A DNA stretch of 64,000 bases, taken from the NCBI GenBank assembly GCA_965178125.1, contig OZ237749.1:310001-374000 (forward strand). Reading direction: 5' to 3'. The DNA comes from Bilabrum cf. latius. Its lineage: Eukaryota. Each line of letters opens with the position of its first letter. Position 1 is the stretch's first letter. Of the stretch, positions 12,210-23,700 are shown piece after piece. The notes beneath the pieces are model-generated. The model did not search any database, was not told where the DNA came from, and worked only from the letters and a program-made list of their open reading frames with translations. A program made the position numbers and the translations under genes.

Positions 12210-13367
12210 TTATTTAGTCTTATTATTAAAATTATCCTTTAGGGTTTTTGATATATTTTTAGCCGGCTCCGTTGTTATCTTCCATTGAATTAAATATTCA
12301 TCTTGTCCCTCTTTATTCTTTCTTCTCTTTATTATTTTACCTATATCATTCTAATATTTTCTTTTAGTAGCCTCATCAACATATGAATCTTTCCATTTAA
12401 CCCTGTATGTATTATTTTTATTCTTTCTTATCAATTTTTCAATTATAAATATATCTTGTGCTTTATTCTCGTATGGTTTAGATGCTAATAACAACTAATC
12501 TCTATTAAAGTATGTATAGGGTATGCCCTCAATTTTATATAATGGGGGGTTATCTGGTTTTATTATTACTCTTTCAATTTTATAAGGCTTTACGCTATAT
12601 TTAATATCTCCCGCCCTAAATGCTCCGGTTTCCTTTATCCCTTCTATACTTCTAGGATAATCTAATCCTATTCTTACCATTTCGCCCTCATTTAATACAT
12701 CACATACTTCACCCTAACATCTAGGCGGTATATATGGTAGATTCTCCCTTTTCTTATTCAACATTTCCTATCTTGTTTTATAACGCTCGTTTAATATCTC
12801 CCTCAACTTTGGTATTAAATGTCTCCAGTTCGTAATAGTTGTCCCCGTTCTTATCTCCTATGAATTCAAATAATAAAATATAGCTCTCCCTATTTCCTCA
12901 TTCAATCTCTCCACCAAAGCCATCTACGATTTACGCTTCACTCTTGAAAATATATGCTCTATCTTATTCTTCTTTAGATATTCTTTAAATGATTCATTAT
13001 CAAATTCTCCCCCTTTATCTGTTCGTATCATTTTAGGTTTCATTAAATAATTTCTTTTATAGATTTTTTGAAAAGCTTTTATCACATCCTCCGCCCCTCT
13101 ATCCTTTAACTCTTCAAAATCTAACGCTAATCCGCTAGTATCTATCACAACTAATAAATATTTTGAATCGTTCTTGGTAGCGTAAGGGAGATACAATAAA
13201 TCAGCCTATTGGATAAGCCCCTCTTTAGTAGGTTTATAATATTTAACATAATTCAATCCTTTCGGTTTCTTTATCGGCTTCATTAAATCGTTCGTGATAG
13301 ACTTCGTATTAAATCCAAAACTTGATTCATTAATATCATTATCTTTTTTCTTTCCTCTCTTACTCAT
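12210..13367 (-). CDS. Retroviral-type (rve) integrase with C-terminal chromodomain-like region (385 aa)
   Basis: DDE triad: Q[TAG]ADLLYLP, IRTDKGGEF, LVERLN. C-terminal YRVKWKD and EYLIQWK..TEP; TAA stop. Confidence 0.93.
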
Positions 13368-13407
13368 TATATATATTAATTGATTTTAATATTTATAAAT
13401 TAATTAT

Positions 13408-13779
13408 TCACGAATTAAAAAGCCTATTAATAGCTTCATTCGTTTTAATGTGCTCCTTGGTGTCTCTTATCTCCTAATGGATATCAACCAGCTTTAATTT
13501 TTCTTTCTTAGTGAGTCCGTTCATCCTTCCTTTTAATGCTTTTAAAGTTTTCATATAAGGGGCTATAGCTTCTGCTTTCTTTTTGCTCACCTCTTTATAT
13601 TCCACATTAAGAGCGGTTAATTTACTATTCACTTTATTTTTTAATTCTGTCTCTTTTATTTTTAGTTGCTTTAACTTTTGTTCTAATTCACGATTGGTCT
13701 TCTTAAAGTCTTCTACAATATCAAGAAATTCATTCTTTAACTTTGAGCGGGTATTAATCACTTTTTGTAATTTATCCAT
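13408..13779 (-). CDS. Viral coiled-coil protein (123 aa)
   Basis: Track ORF extended over one TAG to TGA. Confidence 0.7.
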
Positions 13780-13789
13780 TTATATATAA

Positions 13790-14119
13790 TTACTAGATAT
13801 TTTTTTTATTTTTTTTAAACTTCATTTTAACTCTTTGTAATTCTCGTGCTATTTCTAATTCCATTAATCCCCTTATTATTCTGCCATCGTGATAATCCTA
13901 AACTGAACAATGAATCAAATCATTCTAAACTGCCGGTAAAGGTATTCTATACATCAATTCATATTTAATAATCTCAAGCGTTATTCTGCCTGTTCTCTTC
14001 TTCAAAGCTACCCCTAATAAGAGCGGTATTTGTTTATCAGAAACTCTTTTGAATGTCCCTCTAACTATTTTTAATATTCTGCTTATACTCTAATCTGTAT
14101 AAATTGCTCTAAAATCCAT
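13790..14119 (-). CDS. Viral hypothetical protein (109 aa)
   Basis: ATG 14119 to TAA 13790 with TAGs only; TATA-rich sequence upstream. Confidence 0.6.
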
Positions 14120-14222
14120 CGGTATATACTAAACCTATATTTTTTTTATTTATTTTTTAAACTATAGAATTTTATAAAACGGGTTTAATAAATTAAAATA
14201 AAATATTGGGCTACATTATAAT

Positions 14223-14639
14223 ATGTTCGTTAAGTTCCTGTTATCAAGTGTCAACGTTAAAAAGGTACTCAAGAATAAAAGCATCTCCACTTTTATGTCA
14301 ATCGTATATATTTATGTTGAGAAGCACAAACCATCAATGTTAAAGCATTTTCAACTTGATGACCTTCGTGTCCCTCCAGATTGTAATGAACGACTTAAAA
14401 AAAGAGTATTAAGTGAATTTGAAGAAATTGATTATATATCATATTTCGTTCAACCATTTAGAATAATACACAAGCTAAATGAAGAAAATGTTGAATGCCT
14501 AAGTGAAGACTTAAATGATACCGTAGCCATAGATTTATTGGTTAAAAAAGAGAAGGAAGCCATTGAGAAATCAATAAAGAAATAGAAGGATGACATCATC
14601 AAAAAGGCTATAGATGACTTTATCTTACCCAAGGATTAA
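14223..14639 (+). CDS. Viral hypothetical protein (138 aa)
   Basis: Track ORF extended over one TAG to TAA. Confidence 0.6.
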
Positions 14640-14686
14640 ACTATATATTAATAATAATAATAATAGTATTATTAAAATTCAACAAT

Positions 14687-15034
14687 TTATTCTAAAAACT
14701 CAATATCAAACCATTCATTTGAATCATCATATTCTTCAGCATACATCAAAGATAATTCTATATACTCTTCTAATTCACTATTAGTAAGGTTATCAATTTC
14801 TTCTTCTTTCAATAGTTTGAAATCGGTTCCGTTGTCATCATTAAAACTTTCAACTTGACTTTCTGCTTCCTTTTTATATTCTTCTTTCCAATTATCACTC
14901 CATACAACTCTCTTCGCTTGGTCTTTTAAAGTGTCAGTATAAAGCTTTTGTGCTTCTTCCTTATTATTAAACTTTTTAACCCAGTGTGTATGATAACATT
15001 CACTACCCCACGCTAATGATACAATATAAACCAT
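14687..15034 (-). CDS. Viral acidic hypothetical protein (115 aa)
   Basis: ORF track; TAA stop. Confidence 0.7.
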   Translation of the reverse strand: MVYIVSLAWGSECYHTHWVKKFNNKEEAQKLYTDTLKDQAKRVVWSDNWKEEYKKEAESQVESFNDDNGTDFKLLKEEEIDNLTNSELEEYIELSLMYAEEYDDSNEWFDIEFLE

Positions 15035-15075
15035 ATCTATAATAATTAAAAGTAAAATAATTATTATAATAAAAC

Positions 15076-15654
15076 TTAATTAAAATTATCCTCTATCTCG
15101 TCTCTCTCCTCGTTATCCAATACCCATTTTAATCTTGAAGGGTGCCACGCTCTAGAAATTAATTCTTCTTTATATTTTTTTGTTGTCTCAATTATCTTAT
15201 CTTTTCTATTTTTCCAATACCTGTTATCAGTTAGCGTATATATTATGTTCTCTGATATAGTCTCAAAACGTTTTACTTTCTGTTTATGGTTCTGGATTAT
15301 TGCTTTAATCTCGGGAGAACGTGAAACCCGCTCATTTATTAAACTCTGAATACTCCTCCTATTTCCATAATATCTTAAATGTTCTATTTCACTATTAGTT
15401 AATCGGTTTTCTTTTACTTTTCTCATTTTAGATATTGTATCCTATTTGATAATCCGTAATTTTATTTTCTAATACTTTTTTAATACAAGGTATAAAATCT
15501 ACTCTATAGCTTCATCCTCATTATCATATAAATCACATAGATAATTATATCGTTCCCAATGGACTCGCTCAGCTTTTCTAAGAAATGTTTTAGACGGTCT
15601 AAGCTCCTTTCTCAAACTCATAGATTTTTTGGTTAATAGTTCTAAGAAATCCAT
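15076..15654 (-). CDS. Viral hypothetical protein with a KEEL...WHPSR C-terminal motif (192 aa)
   Basis: Extends upstream over three TAGs to ATG 15654; conserved motif 29 nt upstream. Confidence 0.7.
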
Positions 15655-15810
15655 TCTGTATATACCTATAATAAATATATTTTTTAAGTCAATTTAAACG
15701 CTCTATAACAATTTAAAAATAAAAGCGTCTTTGTTCCATTTGTGAAGGTATAAGCGAGGATAAGGGGGTATAATGAAGGTAGTTTAGAAGGTTGAATAAT
15801 GGAGTCCCAT

Positions 15811-15945
15811 AAAGTGATGGAACTTTTGGCTAGAAAATGGCTAGAGTCCCATAACACCTTCACAAGAGGGCTACATCCACGTTTTGATTAGAACTTACAT
15901 ATACTAATACGCAATTTATGGATATGGTCATCGTATAGAGTTTTA
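15811..15945 (+). repeat. Dispersed viral repeat, subterminal copy
   Basis: ATGGAACTTTT...CACCTTCACAAGAGG.CTACATCCACGTTTTG...ATACGCAATTT.TGGATAT shared with 6141-6337 and, inverted, with 9-200. Confidence 0.8.
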
Positions 15946-16745
15946 TATATAATTGATTTTATATAATTAGAAGGATAAAGCAGTTATATGAAGTAGCAGT
16001 ATGAAGAGGCTCACCTTGACTTTTGGAGCGACTAGCTCCAAAAGGAGTGGAACGGACTGAAGAGCTTTAGCTCTGATGGACTGGAACTATTGATGATGTT
16101 AATCATCCTTAACCGAAGGGAATAAATTTATTTATTACCGTAGCGGGGGGGCGCGCAGATCCGATCCTCTCAGCTCTTGTCTCCTCCATCTTTTCTGTTT
16201 CTCCCCTGTGACGCGCGCAGTACGCTCACTACGACGAGTCGCGTTCTTTCAGCGATTTCCGCCCCTTCGGCGGGTGGTCGAGCCCTGCCATGAAGCAGTA
16301 CGGAGGGGACGCGACCGTCTGCGGTGCTGGCGTGGACCTGAACTGGTACCCCTGAGCAGCAGGGGAAACCAAAGAGAACGGATCGGACGGTGGTGATGGT
16401 CAAATCGGTCGGTCCTTCTTGTGTGGTTAGGCTTCACCAGGTGATGCCAGTAGGTTGGGCTGCGGTGGCCTGCTACTCGTTGGGTGGCATGCCGTCCTAT
16501 TCATCGACTTCGCTTCGCATTTTGAAAGGATCCGCAGCTGCAGAACGGTTAAGTTTACATCAAAGATTCTTGACTTAAACTGAAGGTATGCCATGATGCA
16601 ATAATCCGGTCCAAGCACCCCAGCTAGGCAGGCAGCGCCAGCAAAAACAGCACCGAACACCGAAAACTCATCTTATTAATTCAATCAAAAATTATTGGAC
16701 GAACACCCGGACTCTCCTTGCGAGGCAATCGATCCCGGCAGGCTT

Positions 16746-19229
16746 TCAGATCTCCTTGGCAGACGCCCCCTCTATCTCCTTCCTCTCCGCTTCGGTGATG
16801 CCCTTGCCGCCCAAATGGGCCGTCAGGAACGCTTCCGCGCGGGCGAGGAAATCCACCTTGTTTTCTGGGCGGGCAAACCCATGGCCCTCGTCCTCATACA
16901 GAACGTAGCGCGTCTCAATCCCGTGGCCGCGAAGCGCCTCGGCGATCTGGTCTGACTCTGCCTTCTTGACGCGCGGGTCATGCTACCCCTGCACGATCAG
17001 CAGGGGGCTCTTCATGCTACCGGCGTGGAACACTGGGCTGATCTTCTTGTTGAACTCCTCGTCGTTCTCAACGTCCCCAACGCGCAGCGCCAGCTGCTTC
17101 TTCATGGGTGCCCACCATGGAGGGATGCTCTCCAAGAGGGTCTTGGCGTGCGACGGGCCCACGATATCGACACCGCAGGCGTACAGGTCGGGCGTGAATG
17201 CCAGACCAGCCAAAACTGCGTAGCCTCCATACGAGCCCCCAAATATGCCAACTTTGCCGGCGGTTGTCACACCGGCACCCACGGCCCAGCTCACTGCGTC
17301 CGTCAGGTCGTGCTGCATCTTCCCCTGGCCCCATTCCCTGTTCCCAGCGTGCAGGAATTTCTTCCCGAAACCCGTAGATCCCCTAAAGTTCACCTGCAAT
17401 ACGTGGAACCCGCGACTGGCTAGCCACTGGCAATACGGCGAGTACCCAAATGAGTCCCGGGCCCATGGACCGCCGTGCGGCAGCAGCACCATGGGCTGCG
17501 CGGCGCCTCCCTCCGAGTCCGAGTCCAACTTGAGCGCAGCAACGGCGTCAGCATCCCCTTCCGATTCCTCGGAAATCGCCTTGTTCAGCGCCTCCTCCAG
17601 CCCGCTGCCGTGGGCAGGGGTCAGGTAAGAGGGCAAGAGAAAGCCGTCACGCGCTCGGAGCACGAGCGGCTTGGGGCTCGGCAGGGTCCACTCGGCCAAG
17701 TCCGGCCTGTCGACAAACAGCTTCTCCACCATGCATGACTCGGCCACACGCGCCTTGGCGGTATCGAAGTCGTCGGCGCCTCCCCCCGGCGCCTCCGAGG
17801 CGGCCTTTGCGGGCGCGTGGATGATGTAGTACTGGGTGGCTCCGCTGGGCGGGGCATCTGCAAGGATCCACACCCGCTGGTCCGTGGAGCGCGACACCAC
17901 GTGGGCGTCCCCTTTTGCAGTGTTCAGCACTGCCTGCCAGATGCCGGCCAGGTGGGTGTCCCCGGACAGGATCGACCACTCGGGGCGCAAGTACTCCGCG
18001 GAAACCGCTTCAACCTCCCTGGTCTCCTCGTTTAGAACGACCTGCCCCACGTCGCACTTCTCGGCCTCGAACAGCACGGCAGTGGGCTTGCCCAGCTGGC
18101 CAACGCCGTCCGGAATCGAAACCAAGCCGCCCGCTGCGGATCCGGAGCCGGAACTGGCCCCACCCTCCGCATGAACGGCTGCTCCCGCCCCATCTCCCTC
18201 GAAATCCACGCTGACCACCCGCTGCAGATCGCTGCCTACTGTTGACTCGGCGATTACGCCCTTGCCGTCTGCACGCACGGCAACGATGCCACCCTCCTCG
18301 CCGAATGGCAGCCTGCCAAAGTCCTTCCAACCCGCGGTGGGCCCCACAGGCAGACGGAGGCGGTTGCTGCCGGCGGCTGCGGCCTCTTCCTCCGTCTCCT
18401 CCGGTTCTGGGATGTCCCAGCCTACGCTGCCGATGGGGGCGGCCATCTCCGCCGGCCTCCACCTCAGGATCGTGTCGCCGCTCGCGTTGTCCATCGCAGT
18501 CGCTGCGACAACCCTGAAGTCATCCTTGGAGGCGTGCCATGCGACCACGTCGCCCGGGTTCAGGGTATCCAGCTCCAGGGCCCCCGTCTTCAGGTCGAGC
18601 CTGTACACGTCAGCGCGCTGGCGACTCCGGAGGTTCAGCCCGATCAGCGCCTCGCTCGGTTTGGCTCGGCTGAGCATGAGATTCGAGGCGCGAACGCCCT
18701 GAAATGGGGTGAGATCGCGAGCAGCCCTGGATTTTGACGGCGCATTCACATCCACGGACCATAAGTGCCACACCTCGTCACCGTTCGTGTCCTGCATGTA
18801 CAGCACGGATCGCGAGTCCTTGGCCCAGTAGTGAGCCCGGATGCCTCGCTTCTGGTCATCAGTGAGCCGTTCCTTTTTATCCCATTCCACGCCGTCTGAT
18901 CCGCGCGGTGCCATCCAGACATTCATGACATCCTTGCCGTCCCCTGTTGGCGCGAGCCAAGAGATCCATCGCCCGTTCGGACTTACCCTCGCTTGCTGCC
19001 TCTCTGGGTTTCCAAGCAAAACTTGATGCGGAATCAGGCCTGGCTTGGAGTTTAAGGGCTCACTGGCCTTGCCCTCAGCTGCTGACGCCGCCATCGCGAT
19101 CTTGCTCGTTTCAGATCTAGCAGACACGAACACGGACTCTACTGAAACTACGCCCAGCAGAGAATAACTAATACAAACAAAGGCCAAAGCAAAGCTCCAA
19201 ACCGGGGAAGCTGAACGCTTTGTATGCAT
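16746..19229 (-). CDS. S9 family (prolyl oligopeptidase/acylaminoacyl) peptidase
   Basis: HGGPW and GGSYGG. The catalytic Asp (HDPRV) and His (DEGHG) lie after the TAG at 16983; TGA stop. Start is ATG 19229 or 19094. Confidence 0.92.
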
Positions 19230-19338
19230 TCTGCACCAAGTAAGCGGCGATAAATTATCGGATTTATATTCAAGAGTATTTTCGAACGCTATAATTGTGC
19301 ACGAAACCGAAAAATTATGAAATACACAGAGCGCAGCA

Positions 19339-20208
19339 ATGGAATATCTTGTACAGGTATTAGAGCACCCTAATCCTGCGCCAATATTTGCGGTTGGGGT
19401 GCTAGTCGCTGCAGTCTCCGTAGGAGCACTCAAGGTGATGCCCATGTTGCCGTGGTTGGGCATCGATGATGACGACGAGAATGACGAGAGCACTGACGCT
19501 GCTAGCACAAACAACCCGGAGAAAAAGAATGGCGATCAAGTGAAGGTCACAGGCGGCGGACTGGATGACGACGGTAGCGACGCATCTGAGACGGCAGCGG
19601 GAGAAAAAGAATCTACTTTACAATCAGCCAATGCCGAAGTAGGCAGCCACAATGCTTCCATTGAAGATTCTTCTTAGACCAGCGAATAGGATAGTAGTAA
19701 GCTCGCAAAGAAATCGAAAGCGAAGAAGCCGGAGGACCAGACAGACAACGAAATTCTGCAAATGTCTGCCGATGACGAAGAAAAATATATCGATGCGATG
19801 CGAAGACTGATGCCGTACACGGATGAGGCGACAATACGAGCCGAGTATGCCCGCGCAAAGGCCATTAGCGCAGACTAGGCGAGGAAGCATGGGTTGGAAG
19901 GCGCGGTGAGCCAGGCCCAGTCCAGCATGCAGGGTAATTCTGCCATGGTACGAGGGGCCCTGGACACGCTCGTGATTCTGGCCGTGGCGGGTGCAGCGCT
20001 TTTCTTTTTGATGCGGGACAAGGTGGTAACCCTTGACGGCTTGCTCGACTTCGCGAAGCCCTATTTCCCTCGCGAGCTCGCTACGGTGCTCGGCAACATC
20101 GACCCGCACGGCGGGGGCGACGAGCAGGAGGGGGTTGGTGTGGGCGGTGTCGAGAGCCTTGCTGAGGTAACGGCTGTGCCTGGGATCGGCACAGGCGAAG
20201 AATTGTGA
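19339..20208 (+). CDS. Hypothetical membrane protein (289 aa)
   Basis: Track ORFs 19339-19677 and 19894-20208 join over three TAGs; two hydrophobic segments; TGA stop. Confidence 0.7.
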
Positions 20209-20763
20209 TCGGCTGCTAGTCGTCACGTTTGTTGAAGATGACGTACTGCAGTCCATTCCGCTCTTCTCGTACCATGTAGCCTAGACAGATTGTTGCCGCA
20301 CCACGCGGGTGCCAGTGCACCAGAAATGAACCAAGTTTTAAATGGAAACTATTTGACATCGCATAAAATGCATCAGAGCCGTATGCTCGCCGTTGGGAAG
20401 CTTTGGACACTTCCCGGATCGGATCAAACTAGCGATTCCGGTTTAACACCTGCGAACTTTTCCGCGTTCCCTTTCCAGCACCACTTTTTCGCCTCTGGAA
20501 GTCTAGAGGGAGCAAGCTCGCAGGCAGGCGAGTTCACTCCATCTAACACTTTTGCACTTTACAAGTTAAGGCTTGGTCCTTTGGTCGTATTTTGACCAGA
20601 AAACTACTCAGCAGACTCTTTGCTGAGAAGCGCTCGAGGCTCCTCCGGACAGGGAGGGCCCGGGCGAATAAAGCTAGGAAACTAGCTCCGTGTTTAGCGG
20701 GGCATCTCCTAATTCTACACCTCCCGCTTCCTGCTTCAAAGAAGCAGGTGCGGGTTTGGAAAG

Positions 20764-23700
20764 ATGGAGCCCACTCGTGACTGCAGCCCTAACAGGATCA
20801 TGGTGTAGTCAAATCTTCCGGCGCTAGCGTCCCCCTTTGCCCCGACTAGGTAGCAAGGGGGGCTCGCAGGGGAGACTTGGAAGTTCCCAGCCAAGCAATC
20901 GCCCGCGTAGGCATCGGGTGGACGAACCATTGTCGAGATCGGTGGCAGAAAGTTCTGGGTTTTTCACTCCTTTGGGATCAGCGACGTTGGTCCCGAAGTC
21001 AGCTCGTGCGCTTTCACAGGTGAGACGCGAGATGAAGCATTGGTTGATGCTGATGCTTTCTCTTTGGCTGCTTCGATTGTTGCTGCTTCGTCCACGACAC
21101 TGGGCCAAGACCGTTCCTCTGCCACCTGTGGACATTCCTTGACTGCCAATGGGCGAAATGATCGTTTGTTGCCTAGCAAAAGCTCACGTTGCGTGCTGCG
21201 CCCTTCTCGTGGGGCATGGCTCGGTCTGTGTGGCGGAGAACGGGCGTTCCAGCCAGGCAGAGGACCCGACCTCGGCGCCGAGACAGACATAGAGATTGAG
21301 AGAGATTTGCTGCTGCCGTTGCCTGGTTGTTCCGACTAGAGCGCGCGTGATTGCGCCGAGGTGTCAAGCGCGCGTCGTTGGATTCTGCCCGACCGTGCCA
21401 GTGCCGGCAGGTCCGATTTGTCCCAAGTTGCACACCAGAGTCGAGAGCCACGCACCACCGTCTCTCACTCCCGTCGCTTCTGGCACCCAACGCAGGTGCG
21501 GCACGCTTTTAAGGACATCGACGCCCCGGCCACGGGACCCGCTGCGGGCGTCACCAGCGGCTGTCGCAAGAGCGGCGGCTAGCGCAATCAAGGAGCCACG
21601 GGAGGGCGAGCTGCATCGTCTTCTTCTTCCTCTTTTGGCTCACAGGTCCCCAGCGATGAACTGAATGCTCATGTCGTAAAATCATACCCGTCCGTTGGTT
21701 TGCGCCTCACCGCCCAGCTTCGATTGATCGAGCCGCATGCCGGCAGGCGCGGGCTGTACCCATGCGGCGACCAGTCGTGCCAGTGCCTCGGCAACGTGTA
21801 CCTGCACATGGGTGCGGCAGGGCAGGCGCTGGAGCTCGAGATCGGCCTAGAGCAGGACGAGTCTCCAGGGAACAATGGTGGGAGAGGGGGCCTATCGGAC
21901 GACCAGGTCAGGGCCGTGGAGCGATTCCAGCGCACGCAGCCCACCGTGGATCTCTTCTACAACGGCCTCGGCTCCCAGAACTCAGAGGTGGTGGAGCTGC
22001 CGCCCGCGGCTAGGCCCACCTGGATGCCTCACGCGGCTTCCGATCGGAGCATGCCTCATCTGTCCCTGGCGCAGGGCCGCTGGGTGCTGCGGTTCACCGC
22101 CCCCAAGCCCACGAACGGAAGCCTGGCGCAATGCCGGATCCGACAGGAGAATGACGTCATTCTGACGGGCGGGTTCGATGTCCGCACCAAACCTGCTGAA
22201 TGGATCCTGGTGCACGCTGCTGGGGACAACGGGGCTCGACCGGCCGGCATGGGTGCGGGTCGGGAGGCATCGTCGGAGGCTGCTCGCAGGCTCGTGGTGC
22301 AGGCAGCCCGGGCACAGCACCGCATGGCGGGGACCACGGCCTCGCGTCGGGCGGCCCTCCGCGTGTGCATCAAGGACGTGATTGAGGCTGCGCCCGTGGG
22401 TGCATCGCACGATAGTGCACGTCCGGCGGGCGCATCGCACGGTGGTGCAGTGCCAACGATCAGCAAGGCGTCGATCAGCGACATGCCGGCGACTTTGGCC
22501 GGAAGCTCGGCTTCTTCATCTTCTTCATCGTCGTCATCATCAAGCCAGGCCGCCTCTTCGACTGCGACTGCGGCTGTGGCTGCTAGCGCACAATCGTCTA
22601 CCCCAGCATCTGGTGTCCGGGTGTTTGTCCGGCTAGGAAACCGCACTCAGGCCAACTCTGTGCTCCAGGGATTCCGAGTCCTAAGGGCCGAGGCAAATGC
22701 ATCGCACTGTGGTGCAGATGCTGCCCCCAAGACGGGGGGGAGCAAGCGCCGCAAGCGAGGCGCGGGTGCAGGCGCAGGCGACGCAGCTGCCTCACTGGAG
22801 GCCGACGCTGCGATGCTGGCGTCACAGTGCAGCGTGACGGCACTGACATCTGGCGCTACGAACAGTGAACTGGCCCGGTGGCTGCACGTGTCCTTCTTGT
22901 GTTCCCTCAACAAGGTACGGGCAGAGGAGGCGCACCTCGCCGCCGTGCCAGCTCCCGTGGATCCCCTCTTCGCCCCTGTGTTTGCGCAACGGGAGGACGG
23001 AGTGCTGGGAGGGGCAACACGAGACGAAGAAATATCGGTTGCTGCTGCTGCTGCTATCGGTGAGCATGCTACCGGTGTGACTAGTGCATCAGCTGGAGCT
23101 GTGCCCATGGAGAGTGGCGACGAGGACGGGGAGGATCAGGAGGCTGTGGGCGCTCTGCTCATGTCCAGCGGAGCGGGTGCATCGCACGATGGTGCATGGA
23201 CCCGGGCACGACAGCCAGTGCCCCAGGTCGTGGCCCGCCCTGGGATGAAGCGGTCTAGGGGGCTAGCCCTTGAAGATGACGTGCGGGTGCAGGCGGAGGC
23301 GGAGTGCACCGAAGCGGTTGCTGCCCTCGTGTCGGGAGGGTCATCCCAGGACAGGCAGATCCTCGATGCACCGGCTGCCAAGAGGGCCAGAGTGGTCGGC
23401 CCAGGGGTAGAGATCGGATTAGAGATCGGATCGCAAGTTTGTGCGATGCCACGGTCTGAGTCAGGCCTGCAGGTCGTGCTGCCGCTCGGAGGTGCAGTGC
23501 TGCAGCAGCCGCAGGAGCATCTGAGGCAACTGCTCTGTTGCGAGCAAGAGCACGCGGCGGGCGCGCAAGACCATGACGAAAGGAGTGTCCCTCTTCCGGT
23601 TTTCGAGGGATCGGGGGCCCCTTGGGGCATGCTTCTATCGACCCCAACCCCAACTGCCAGCGGCGCGGGTGCGTATGCTGCAGCTGTTCCGCGACGGATC

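Larger units (their letters stand above)
1..16151. mobile_element. Endogenous virophage (Mavirus/EMALE-like provirophage), left part truncated by the window
   Basis: AT-rich, intronless block with ATPase, protease, penton and MCP in Mavirus order plus an rve integrase. Abrupt switch to GC-rich host DNA after TAGCGGGGGGG (16141-16151). The exact end is inferred from composition. Confidence 0.93.

Noticed and set aside
1-16151. Degraded, pseudogenised viral insertion
   Set aside because: Interruptions are only TAG, there are no frameshifts, several TAGs fall at conserved Gln sites, and host housekeeping genes show the same pattern.
16140-16160. Chimeric assembly joining a free virus to host DNA
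   Set aside because: The integrase, the terminal-looking G-run and the shared non-standard code favour real integration, though read support was not available.
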